From Bacteroidales bacterium (lineage in GTDB: Bacteria > Bacteroidota > Bacteroidia > Bacteroidales > UBA10428), in assembly GCA_016934395.1 (NCBI GenBank), contig JAFGSZ010000057.1, positions 19,421-83,420 on the forward strand: a stretch of 64,000 bases of DNA, written 5' to 3'. This document shows positions 18,870 to 28,414 of this stretch, piece by piece. How positions within the stretch are numbered: the stretch's first letter is position 1; every line of letters starts with the position of its first letter. Under the pieces are notes generated by a model. The model searched no databases. It was not told where the DNA came from and was given only the letters and a program-made list of their open reading frames with translations. The position numbers were made by a program, and so were the translations under genes.

Positions 18870-20091
18870 AGGAAAAGAAAGTAAACCCCATATCGGTATT
18901 TTCGGAAAACGAAACAGTGGCAAAAGCTCCCTGATAAATGTGCTTACCCAACAGGATATTGCTATAGTATCGGATAAAGCAGGAACTACCACCGATCCTG
19001 TAAAAAAATCGATGGAAATACCGGGTATTGGCCCGGTAGTATTGATCGATACCGCAGGCATAGACGATTCTGGAAAATTAGGTGACCTGAGAAAAAAAAA
19101 GACTTTCGATACAATTAAAACTATCGATTTTGCCCTGCTGGTAATTACTTCAAATAACTTTGGGGATTTTGAAAAAGATCTGATCCAACGGTTTTCTGAT
19201 TTTAACATACCCTTTATCATTGTTCATAATAAATCAGACCTTCAGCAATTACACGATAAGTTCAAAAATGATATCGGTATAAAAAACCAAAACCATATAA
19301 TTGATTTTTCTGCAAAATACCCCTTAAAACTTGAAGAACTTGTAGAAGTAATTAAAAGCAATATTCCTTCTACAGCATGGAAAAAACCTTCACTGCTTGG
19401 AGATTTGTTATCATATGGAGATATTGTATTACTGATTACCCCGATTGATATTGAGGCTCCGGAAGGCAGAATGATTTTACCCCAGGTGCAGGCTATACGG
19501 GATATTCTGGATAACGATTGTGTGGCAGTGGTATTAAAGGAACGTGAAGTAGATGCTTTTCTGCGGAAAACAGGAATAAAACCCAAACTGGCGGTTACCG
19601 ACAGCCAGGTATTTCTGAAAGCAGATGCCTCCATTCCAAAAGAAATTCCGCTTACCAGTTTCAGTATTATGCTGGCCAGACATAAAGGTGATTTTGAAAA
19701 CTACCTTAAAGGTACCCCAAAAATTTCTGAGCTTAAAGACGGCGACAGGATTTTACTGCTGGAATCGTGCACTCATCATGTATCCTGCGATGATATTGGC
19801 CGGGTAAAAATTCCCCGGTGGATCAGTAATTTTACAGGAAAACATTTAATTTATGATGTGGTAGCCGGGCTTGATAACCTGCAAAGGCCTATGGAAGAAT
19901 ATGCCCTGGTGATCCAGTGCGGTGGGTGTATGATTACACACAAACAATTGATAAACCGGCTGAAGCCTGCAGTAGATAAAAATATTCCGGTTACCAATTA
20001 TGGAATGGCAATTGCATATGTTCAGGGGATTTATAAGCGTGCAATTGCCCCATTTACCAGCATTGAAAAAGACACAATCCATTATTTATAA
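18859..20091 (+). CDS. hydF: [FeFe]-hydrogenase maturation GTPase HydF
   Basis: P-loop GIFGKRNSGKSSL, DTAG, NKSD, and C-terminal cluster motifs CTHH...CGGC. Confidence 0.92.
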   Translation: MMNKGKESKPHIGIFGKRNSGKSSLINVLTQQDIAIVSDKAGTTTDPVKKSMEIPGIGPVVLIDTAGIDDSGKLGDLRKKKTFDTIKTIDFALLVITSNNFGDFEKDLIQRFSDFNIPFIIVHNKSDLQQLHDKFKNDIGIKNQNHIIDFSAKYPLKLEELVEVIKSNIPSTAWKKPSLLGDLLSYGDIVLLITPIDIEAPEGRMILPQVQAIRDILDNDCVAVVLKEREVDAFLRKTGIKPKLAVTDSQVFLKADASIPKEIPLTSFSIMLARHKGDFENYLKGTPKISELKDGDRILLLESCTHHVSCDDIGRVKIPRWISNFTGKHLIYDVVAGLDNLQRPMEEYALVIQCGGCMITHKQLINRLKPAVDKNIPVTNYGMAIAYVQGIYKRAIAPFTSIEKDTIHYL

Positions 20092-20115
20092 ATAATATTT
20101 TGAAGGCAGATTAAA

Positions 20116-21225
20116 ATGGAGAGGAGCATTGCACAACTATTACAACTTGAATCTTTTACTAAAAGTGAAATTGTTGAACTACTCTCATCCGATGGAGAAG
20201 ACAAAGTTCAGCTGTTTAAAAAATCGGCTGCCGTAAAAGAAAAATACGTAAAAAATAAAGTTTATTTCAGGGGATTAATTGAATTTTCGAACATCTGTGA
20301 AAAGAACTGTTTTTATTGTGGCATTAGAAAAACAAATATGCATGTGCGCAGGTATAACCTTTCAGATGATGAGATATTACATGCAGCAAAATTTGCCTTC
20401 GATAACAATTACGGATCGATTGTATTACAATCGGGAGAAATACAAAGCCCGGTATTTACCAAACGAATCGAAAACCTGCTAAAAAAGATTGCAAGGTTTT
20501 CCGGTAATAAACTACGGGTAACCCTGTCGTTAGGAGAACAAAGTTATAAAACATACCGGCAATGGTTTGAAAGCGGCGCCCACCGTTATTTATTGCGCAT
20601 CGAATCCTCTAATCCTGAATTGTATAAAAAACTACACCCAAATGATGAACTGCACAGGTTTGAACGACGCCTGGAATCCCTTAAAATTCTTAAGGACATA
20701 GGTTATCAGACCGGCACAGGGGTAATGATCGGATTACCATTCCAAACCCTCGAAAACCTTGCTGATGATTTGCTGTTTATGAAAAACTTTAGTATTGATA
20801 TGGTGGGAATGGGACCCTATATAGAACATGCCGATACCCCGCTTTTTCAATATCGTCAAATGTTGTTACCTAAAGAAGAACGATTTCAGCTTGCATTAAA
20901 AATGATCGCGATATTGCGGATTATGATGAAGGATATCAATATTGCCTCGGCCACAGCCCTTCAGGCAATCGATAAACTGGGCCGCGAAAAAGCAATTAAA
21001 ATAGGCGCTAATGTAATTATGCCTAATGTAACTCCCGGCTATTACCGTGACGATTATGCTCTATATGAAAATAAACCATGCACCGATGAAAATCCCGAAG
21101 ATTGTATAAGCTGTCTTGAAGCCCGGATTGCGTTAAGCCTGAATAAAATTGGATTTGGTGAATGGGGAGATTCAGCACATTATAATAACCGGATGGGAAA
21201 AACAGAAACAAATCAGGATATATAA
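20116..21225 (+). CDS. hydE: [FeFe]-hydrogenase maturase HydE (radical SAM)
   Basis: CEKNCFYCGIRK radical-SAM motif in a BioB-like fold of the expected length. It lies adjacent to hydF. Confidence 0.9.
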   Translation: MERSIAQLLQLESFTKSEIVELLSSDGEDKVQLFKKSAAVKEKYVKNKVYFRGLIEFSNICEKNCFYCGIRKTNMHVRRYNLSDDEILHAAKFAFDNNYGSIVLQSGEIQSPVFTKRIENLLKKIARFSGNKLRVTLSLGEQSYKTYRQWFESGAHRYLLRIESSNPELYKKLHPNDELHRFERRLESLKILKDIGYQTGTGVMIGLPFQTLENLADDLLFMKNFSIDMVGMGPYIEHADTPLFQYRQMLLPKEERFQLALKMIAILRIMMKDINIASATALQAIDKLGREKAIKIGANVIMPNVTPGYYRDDYALYENKPCTDENPEDCISCLEARIALSLNKIGFGEWGDSAHYNNRMGKTETNQDI

Positions 21226-22409
21226 TGCCTGAGGGGCTTATTTTTGAATATATAAAAAATCAGAGCCAGTAAACCGATCATTACGAGAGTAAAGCCACTT
21301 TCAAAACGCATCATATTTTTCATTCCGATATTTTCTGCCAGAAAACCGATCCATGCATTACCCAGCGCCATTCCTCCGCCAAAGTAAAATGCATAAATAA
21401 ATGATTGTCCTGTAGCCCGCATTTCAGGGGGTATAAACTTGTGTACATATTCCACAAGAGCCACAAAAAACAACGCCAGACAAATGCCGTGTGTTGTTCC
21501 TGTAATTATGGCGATCCATGGATTTGATACCAGGCTGTAGATTAACATACGTAATGCTGTAACAAACATGGTGAGCAGAATAACCCTTTGATCACCAATG
21601 GCATTTACAATTCTTTTTCCATAAAAGAAAAATGGCAGTTCACTCATTGCCTGAAATACATAAGCGTATCCCACGTGGAAAAAACTGGCCCCAATATCCG
21701 CATAATACATATTAATAAACAAATGTATAGGGGCAGATGATATGCCGTAAAACAATAAAATAAGCAGGACAATGAATAATTGACGATTATGCAGTAACAC
21801 ACCTTTCAAATGACTTATTTGCATCGATTGCAAGTTCTTTTTAAATCGTAATGGCCGGTAAATAAATTTTATTAAAATCCAGTTCACCAAAAGAATCGAG
21901 GAAGCAATCGGAAAAATCAAAACCGACTTTTCGGCATTAATAATATAGCCTGTAAGCAGGGCAGACATTGCCCAGCCAACGGAGGCCCATAACCTTAATT
22001 CCCCAAACGATGATCGTTTATATTGCTCTACATAATCAAGCGCAATACTATCTACGAGCGAGTTTAGCGGATTATAGAAAAGAGTAAATACAAATGTAAA
22101 TACAACAAAAGCTATAAATGAATTTTGCAGTACAAAACCATAAAATAAAATAATCACTATAAATAATGCCAGCAATAATATGTTTTTCCGGCCAAACTTA
22201 TCGGCCAGCATACCCCACAAAGGGAGCACAAGGAGCATGTTTATCTGTTGGATTGCAGCAATGATTCCAATCTGACTATCTGAAAAGCCTGCATAGTCTT
22301 TAAGGAACAGGTTAAAAAAAGATAACCAGGCAGAAAACGCGGCATACGAAAGAAAATATATTATTCTTACAACAATTCCCTGGAAACGAAAGCCCTTTAA
22401 TGCCGCCAT
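21213..22409 (-). CDS. MFS transporter
   Basis: About 12 TM helices and the loop motif GMLADKFGRK between TM2 and TM3. Confidence 0.8.
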   Translation of the reverse strand: MAALKGFRFQGIVVRIIYFLSYAAFSAWLSFFNLFLKDYAGFSDSQIGIIAAIQQINMLLVLPLWGMLADKFGRKNILLLALFIVIILFYGFVLQNSFIAFVVFTFVFTLFYNPLNSLVDSIALDYVEQYKRSSFGELRLWASVGWAMSALLTGYIINAEKSVLIFPIASSILLVNWILIKFIYRPLRFKKNLQSMQISHLKGVLLHNRQLFIVLLILLFYGISSAPIHLFINMYYADIGASFFHVGYAYVFQAMSELPFFFYGKRIVNAIGDQRVILLTMFVTALRMLIYSLVSNPWIAIITGTTHGICLALFFVALVEYVHKFIPPEMRATGQSFIYAFYFGGGMALGNAWIGFLAENIGMKNMMRFESGFTLVMIGLLALIFYIFKNKPLRHYIS

Positions 22410-22500
22410 GTTAATAAAATCAATAATCCCTGTATCTGTGTCCTTTTGGTTTACGAACTTTAGGTTTCGTATTAAAATAAAAAGACAAAACTATAAAAAT

Positions 22501-23934
22501 TTAGAAATACAGGTCTCTTTCGCCACTTTTTATTCGCTCGATTCGATCGCGGATTTCAGGAACATCCTGATGGCCATTAAGGCTGTTCAGATTATTTTCA
22601 ATTATTTCCCATCCTTTCTTTGCAGTTTTTTCCGGGGCATAATCTACAAGATATTCAGCAAGCGTAAGCATGGCATTGGGTGAGCAAAACCTCTTTATAA
22701 AACCCGGAACCGAAAATTCCATAAAATGCTCCCCGGTGCGTCCCAGCCGATAACAGGCTGTACAAAAAGAAGGCAAATAATCTTCATGTAAAAGTTCATC
22801 AATTACTTCATTTAATGAACGGTCATCATTTATCTTAAACTGTTCTTTATCCAGGTTTTGATTATCGTTTTTGGAAGCCGCGTAAGCCCCCAGTTCAATT
22901 TTAGTTCCGCCATCGATTTGTGAAACTCCAAAACGTAAAATTTCCTTGCGCAACTGTGCCGGCTCACGGGCAGTTAGAATTAACCCGGTATACGGCACCG
23001 CTAAACGAAGAATCGCCACTATACGCGAGAATTCATCATCATTAACAATAAATTTTGGATCCAGGTTTACCGTTGAAGCATCTTTCAGGCGAGGAAAAGA
23101 TATGGTATGTGGTCCTACATTATAGCAAGCTTCCAGATGATTTGTATGCCTTACCAGGGCCATAACCTCGAAGCGCCAGTTGTGCAATCCAAATAATGCA
23201 CCGATGCCTACATCGTCTAAGCCAGCCTCCTGCGCTCTGTCGAGAGCTGTTAACCGGTTATTGTAATCACTTTTTTTCCCGCCCGGATGATAGGTTTTAT
23301 AAGCTTCAGGATGGTAGGTTTCCTGAAATATCTGGTATGTGCCAATACCGGCCTCTTTTACTATTTTAAATCCTTCAATATCCATTGGGGCCGCATTGAT
23401 GTTTACCCTGCGAATTTCTCCGTTACCACACTTAACGTGATATACGGTTTTTACACAACTGGCAATAAACTCAGGATTATATTCAGGGTGTTCACCAAAA
23501 ACAAGTATTAATCGTTTCTGCCCATTTTCTTCGAGCGCTTCCACCTCCCGAACAAGTTCAGAATGCTCCAATGTTTTGCGGACCTGCGCTTTGTTGCTGG
23601 TCCTGAAACCGCAGTACTGACAGTTATTTGTACATTTATTACCTACATATAATGGCGCAAACAGTACGATACGGTTCCCGTATATATTTTCTTTTAATGT
23701 TCGCGCACCCTCTTTGATCAATTCTATTGATTCCGGGGAATCCGCATTGATAAGATAAGCAACCTCCATAAGATTTAACCGGTGCTTATCCAGCGACTTT
23801 GCAATTATATTTTTAATAATCTGCTGATCGGGCCTGGCATTGTAAAGGTATCCTTCAATTTCTTCAACATCAATAAAAGGCTTTTGAGGTTCGTCTGGAA
23901 TCTTGTATCGCTCCGGTTTAAATATCATAATCAA
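22501..23934 (-). CDS. hydG: [FeFe]-hydrogenase maturase HydG (radical SAM tyrosine lyase)
   Basis: CTNNCQYCGF radical-SAM motif, ThiH-like body, and C-terminal auxiliary-cluster cysteines (SFCTACYRLGRTGEHFMEF...FCSPN). Confidence 0.92.
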   Translation of the reverse strand: MIMIFKPERYKIPDEPQKPFIDVEEIEGYLYNARPDQQIIKNIIAKSLDKHRLNLMEVAYLINADSPESIELIKEGARTLKENIYGNRIVLFAPLYVGNKCTNNCQYCGFRTSNKAQVRKTLEHSELVREVEALEENGQKRLILVFGEHPEYNPEFIASCVKTVYHVKCGNGEIRRVNINAAPMDIEGFKIVKEAGIGTYQIFQETYHPEAYKTYHPGGKKSDYNNRLTALDRAQEAGLDDVGIGALFGLHNWRFEVMALVRHTNHLEACYNVGPHTISFPRLKDASTVNLDPKFIVNDDEFSRIVAILRLAVPYTGLILTAREPAQLRKEILRFGVSQIDGGTKIELGAYAASKNDNQNLDKEQFKINDDRSLNEVIDELLHEDYLPSFCTACYRLGRTGEHFMEFSVPGFIKRFCSPNAMLTLAEYLVDYAPEKTAKKGWEIIENNLNSLNGHQDVPEIRDRIERIKSGERDLYF

Positions 23935-23985
23935 ACGGTTAACTAATAAAACAATTAATAATTAACGTCTGAAGCAAAAATCCGA

Positions 23986-24231
23986 TTACTGTTTAGACAT
24001 TACTGACCGTACTGAAACACCTTCAAGTTTTCCAATTTGTCCGGTAAGCGATCCTATTTCATCGGTTGTTCCTTCAAGAACCAGTGAAATTATATTCAGG
24101 TTCTTTTCCCTTACAGGTATACCTTGTCGTCCAAGAATTATAGATGCGTGTGAGGTAAGAATTTCATTCAGTTTATGAACGGAATCTTTCTTTTCAACAA
24201 TAATTAATGTAGCTCCTATTCTCCTTTCCAT
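23986..24231 (-). CDS. TM1266-family iron-only hydrogenase system regulator (ACT/NikR-C-like)
   Basis: An 81-aa protein of the size and pattern (IGATLIIVEK...LTSHASIILGRQGIP...ISLVLEGTTDEI) I associate with the TM1266 family. It lies directly upstream of hydG. Confidence 0.75.
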   Translation of the reverse strand: MERRIGATLIIVEKKDSVHKLNEILTSHASIILGRQGIPVREKNLNIISLVLEGTTDEIGSLTGQIGKLEGVSVRSVMSKQ

Positions 24232-24432
24232 CAGAGGTTTCCTTTGGATCTGACGTATTAAATTTAAATCCTTGAAGCAAAACCATTTTACTTCTCAGAA
24301 TTTGATGTGCAAAAATATTAAATTAAATGATCCTTTAAGCTCGATATATTATAAATTATTCCGGTTGGTAAAATTTATAACCACTCTAAATAATAAGCGC
24401 AATTATTATTAATGAAGCCTACAACTTTAATT

Positions 24433-25341
24433 TTAGCTGATCATCTCTTTTCTGATAGAGGATACGGAAACCCTGATTTTCTCAACAGTTTTCATATACT
24501 CCTGTATTTGTTGTTTGCCCTTGTTTGATGTTGCATCAAATTCAGGTTCAACGTCAACAACAAATTTATCAAAGTTCTCTTTTAAAGGTTTCAGTATATC
24601 CAGGAAATGCTTTACAACTTCATCATCTGCATTAACCGTAAGCATATCCATAAGGTTATAAAGAGAAAATTTTTGTTCGGCTAATCGTTCAATAATATCA
24701 ATATCATTACTTTCTTCTGCAATATTACACGCTATATAAACAGCTTCCACCCATCCGCCAAGGATAATCAATGCGGCAGCGCTGTATCTTTCATTTTCTC
24801 TCAGATAGCTGTCGGTTTTCATATAAACCTCATTGGCAATAATTATTAATGAGTCCTTGTCATTCATATTTCGTTCAAAACGCTCGGCAGAATTATAAAA
24901 AAACTCGTTGGGTATTCCCATCTCCTCAGAAAGTTTCTTCATGGAATTGAAATATTGACCGGCCACTTCAAGTTGGTTAAGAACACGGGCATAACTCAAA
25001 TCAACAGCATATACACCAAGAATTATTGCCTGGTCGGAACTGGTAATATAGTCTGAAACATTACCGGGAGGAGTTACTATATCTGAATTATAAACAGTTC
25101 CGGAAGTTTCAAACAGGCTGGACATTTCTACAGAAAGATACATATTATAGAATATAGGTAATCCTTCACCAATGGTATCATGTGCGGCAACTATCTTGCC
25201 GGATTCATCAAGGTCTAGATCACTCAAATCAACACTGTTTTTACCGGACTTTCCGTCCGATTTGCATCCGGCCAATATAAAAGCAAGAAGTACAAATATT
25301 AATAGTGTATTGGAAATTAAAATCTTAGGCATGACTTTCAT
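24433..25341 (-). CDS. Lipoprotein of unknown function (paralog of 15115-15951)
   Basis: Lipobox ILAGC. Similar along its full length to the 15115-15951 product. Confidence 0.6.
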   Translation of the reverse strand: MKVMPKILISNTLLIFVLLAFILAGCKSDGKSGKNSVDLSDLDLDESGKIVAAHDTIGEGLPIFYNMYLSVEMSSLFETSGTVYNSDIVTPPGNVSDYITSSDQAIILGVYAVDLSYARVLNQLEVAGQYFNSMKKLSEEMGIPNEFFYNSAERFERNMNDKDSLIIIANEVYMKTDSYLRENERYSAAALIILGGWVEAVYIACNIAEESNDIDIIERLAEQKFSLYNLMDMLTVNADDEVVKHFLDILKPLKENFDKFVVDVEPEFDATSNKGKQQIQEYMKTVEKIRVSVSSIRKEMIS

Positions 25342-25441
25342 TTGTTTTTGGGTAATTAATAATACAATGATAATAATTTTTTTTTAAGTAAAACAAAATT
25401 TCAGATTTTACTGTCAATGATAATAGTCTATTTATCAAATT

Positions 25442-27241
25442 TTAAGCATTCAGAAGTTTATCCAAAACCGAAAGTAAAACCTGGGGATCTAAAGGTTTTG
25501 ATATATAATCGTTAAAGCCCATTTCAATGTATTTTTCCCGGTCGCCCTTCATGGCAAAAGCGGTTTGAGCGACTATGATTACTTTCCCATTAGTCGCTTT
25601 AATCCTTTTCATGGCTTCATCGCCCTGAATACCGGGTAATTGAACATCCATTAAAACCAGGTCAATTTCGGGATTTTTTTGTATTGTTTTTATAGCCGTT
25701 TCTCCGCTATTCGAATTATAAATTTTTATTCCTGATTTTTTTAAAATTTCCTGTAAAAGAATTTTACTCGCTTCATCATCTTCTACAATTAATATTGATT
25801 TTCCTTTCCAATTAAATGCTGTAGGAGTAAACTTTGTATTGTTTTTTGTGTCATCAATCGCACTATCTGCAATACGATAAGGGTGGGTAAAATAAAAAGA
25901 TGAGCCTTTATTTGGCTGAGATTCTACCCAGATTTTTCCCCCCATAAGATTTACCAATCCTTTTGAAATAGTTAATCCCAAACCTGTACCTTCAATAAGC
26001 TTATCCTTCTGGCTGTTATATTTCATAAACCTTTCAAATATAACCTCCTGCATTTCCATGGGAATTCCAATACCGGTATCGTGCACATAAAAACAAATTT
26101 CCTTATTCTGAATTTTAAAGCCAAAAGTCACGCTTCCTTTATCTGAAAATTTAATAGCATTATTTACAAGATTAATTAAAACCTGCTGAATTTTTGTTGG
26201 ATCCATGATCACGGTAGATTCCCTGTTATTGTATTTTTGTTCAAATTGTAATTGTATCTGTAATGAGGGATTATTATTTATCTGGGATCGAAACATAATT
26301 TCGATATCTCCAAGTAATTCATTTAAATTGGTTTTCTTTTCTTCAATTATTACCTGTTTTGAATCTATCTTTGAAATATCAATAATATCGTTAATAATTC
26401 TTAGTAAATAATAACTTCTGTCGCAAATAAGATTTACATATTTAGCACGTGTTTCTGCACTTAGGTTCTCGCGGCGCATAATTTCAGAAAATCCGATAAT
26501 ACCATTCATGGGAGTACGAATTTCATGAGACATATTGGCAAGAAAGGCTGATTTTAATTTATCCGATTCTTCTGCCTTTTCTTTGGCTTTACTTAGTTTT
26601 TCCGCTTCCAGTTGTAACATTTGCAACAAATCTTTTTCCCTTTTTAAAGATTTATCCAGTCCATTCAATAATATTGATAATGGTATGGCCGCCAGCGAGC
26701 TTAATACTACTAAATTTGCACTAACTGCAATCCATCCTCCTAAATTCATTTGCATTAAAAGCGTTTGGCCAAGCCAGTGATAATAAATTGCAAATGCAAA
26801 AAATACAACCGTTAAAATATTTATTACTACTGAAATTATAGCAGCATTTAGTCCTAATAATATTGCAGCAATAATTGATACACTCAAAAGCCAGATCATT
26901 CCGGGACCTAATGTTCCCAAAACCACAAGGAGTGAAACTCCTAATGTATATAGCAGAAACTCCAGAATAAAAATTCTGATTTTTAAGGATATATTCCTGA
27001 AAATAAAAATAAAAACAGAAGTAAAATAAACGATAGTGTCAAAAACAAAAAGGTAGGTAAGGTTTTCTCTATACGACATTATTGCACTGGGAATGTATGC
27101 AAAAAGCCCAAATACTGCAAATACCAACATTATTCCGAGAAAAATCCTTTCCCGCCAGAAATTGAGACCTGAATGCGATGTAAATTCACTCGGTTCAAGC
27201 TTTTTCCTGAAAAATGCTGATAATTTACTTGCGATCTTCAA
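25442..27241 (-). CDS. Hybrid sensor histidine kinase/response regulator with a multi-TM N-terminal sensor
   Basis: About 6 TM helices and a coiled coil. The HisKA H-box is FLANMSHEIRTPMNGIIG. The HATPase region contains NLVNNAIKFS, DTGIGI and GTGLGL. The C-terminal REC domain contains ILIVEDD...DLVLMDVQLPG. The ORF begins with TTG. Confidence 0.85.
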   Translation of the reverse strand: MKIASKLSAFFRKKLEPSEFTSHSGLNFWRERIFLGIMLVFAVFGLFAYIPSAIMSYRENLTYLFVFDTIVYFTSVFIFIFRNISLKIRIFILEFLLYTLGVSLLVVLGTLGPGMIWLLSVSIIAAILLGLNAAIISVVINILTVVFFAFAIYYHWLGQTLLMQMNLGGWIAVSANLVVLSSLAAIPLSILLNGLDKSLKREKDLLQMLQLEAEKLSKAKEKAEESDKLKSAFLANMSHEIRTPMNGIIGFSEIMRRENLSAETRAKYVNLICDRSYYLLRIINDIIDISKIDSKQVIIEEKKTNLNELLGDIEIMFRSQINNNPSLQIQLQFEQKYNNRESTVIMDPTKIQQVLINLVNNAIKFSDKGSVTFGFKIQNKEICFYVHDTGIGIPMEMQEVIFERFMKYNSQKDKLIEGTGLGLTISKGLVNLMGGKIWVESQPNKGSSFYFTHPYRIADSAIDDTKNNTKFTPTAFNWKGKSILIVEDDEASKILLQEILKKSGIKIYNSNSGETAIKTIQKNPEIDLVLMDVQLPGIQGDEAMKRIKATNGKVIIVAQTAFAMKGDREKYIEMGFNDYISKPLDPQVLLSVLDKLLNA

Positions 27242-27407
27242 TTAAGAACAATATTAATCCGCCTTTAAATCTCGTAATAATTTCTTACTAAAATTACAAT
27301 ACTTTATAATTTGTAACAAACCTTTACGAATAATTCTCAGATTTTGTTAGTTTATTTATAAATCAAAGAAGATCGGTTTGAAAACTTAAATAATTATGCT
27401 CATCTGG

Positions 27408-28388
27408 TTATAGCTTTCCGGTAGTTTTTTGCATAAACTGTATTCTCTCAAAAGCATGTTTGTTTTCAGCAGCCTTTGAAATTATTCCTTTAAAATCGGA
27501 GATACTATTATATCCTTTATTTTTCATCCAGAATTCAAGGTTTTTGAGAATCTCTTCCATGTATTCCAAACCGTTTTTATATAAAGCTGAGCATAACTGA
27601 ACGGCATTGGCGCCGGATAAGATATATTTAATGAGTCCTTCGTGGGAATGTACACCTGTAGCTCCTACCATTTCCGACTTTACCAAACCCGAAAGAAGAG
27701 CAATCCAACGTAATGATAATGTAATTTCTTCGGGTGAACTGTAAATGTTTTTTGCAATTACCTGTAGTTTGTCAATATCAATATCAGGTCGGTAATATCT
27801 GTTAAACAATACTATCGATTCTATATCGGTATTGCTTAACTTAAATACTGTACGCACAATGTTTGTGAAAAAATATCCGATTTTTACAGCAATTGGCAGG
27901 TTGGTATTTTTCTTCACCTCACGAACAATATCAATATAAATTTCTTCTATCTGATTTGGTGTTTGTCCTATTTCAGTGGGAGGAATAAAAATATTTAACT
28001 CCAGACCGTCTGCCCCGGATTCTTCAATCTTTTTTGCAAATGAAGGCCATTCTACCGGTGATACACAGTTGATACTGGCAATAACCGGAATGTTAACTTT
28101 CTTTTTTGCTTCCTGAATTAAGGATAAATATTGGGCAACTCCATGATCTTTTGAAAAAGTATCAACAAAATTAATAGCCTCAGGATACCAGAAATACATG
28201 TCGTCCTGACTGTGAAGTTTGCTTTTATCGGCAATTAATTGTTCCTCAAACAGCGATTTAAGCACTACTGCTCCTGCACCGTGATCCTCACATTTTTTAA
28301 TTTTATCGGCTGTGTTGGTTAATCCCGAACTGCTTACTACTAAAGGATTTTTAATTGTTAATCCCATAAATTTTGTTGAAAGATCCAT
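27408..28388 (-). CDS. Dihydroorotate dehydrogenase-like flavoprotein (TIM barrel, DHOD/DHPD family)
   Basis: N-terminus LSTKFMGLTIKNPLVVSSSGLT, then VVLKSLFEEQ and a C-terminal FMN-phosphate-type segment (GATGVHSHEGLIKYILSGANAVQLCSALY). It is the last gene in the hox transcription direction. Confidence 0.75.
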   Translation of the reverse strand: MDLSTKFMGLTIKNPLVVSSSGLTNTADKIKKCEDHGAGAVVLKSLFEEQLIADKSKLHSQDDMYFWYPEAINFVDTFSKDHGVAQYLSLIQEAKKKVNIPVIASINCVSPVEWPSFAKKIEESGADGLELNIFIPPTEIGQTPNQIEEIYIDIVREVKKNTNLPIAVKIGYFFTNIVRTVFKLSNTDIESIVLFNRYYRPDIDIDKLQVIAKNIYSSPEEITLSLRWIALLSGLVKSEMVGATGVHSHEGLIKYILSGANAVQLCSALYKNGLEYMEEILKNLEFWMKNKGYNSISDFKGIISKAAENKHAFERIQFMQKTTGKL

Positions 28389-28414
28389 AATATCCGATTT
28401 AGGTAGATAACTTC

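Noticed and set aside
18852-19220. 122-aa minus-strand ORF over the aspA/hydF junction
   Set aside because: It is antisense to the HydF P-loop region, and the HydF frame is unambiguous.
22408-22683. 91-aa + strand ORF between the MFS transporter and hydG
   Set aside because: It overlaps the 3' end of hydG in antisense and the MFS start region. The product is Ile/Phe/Lys-rich with no motif.
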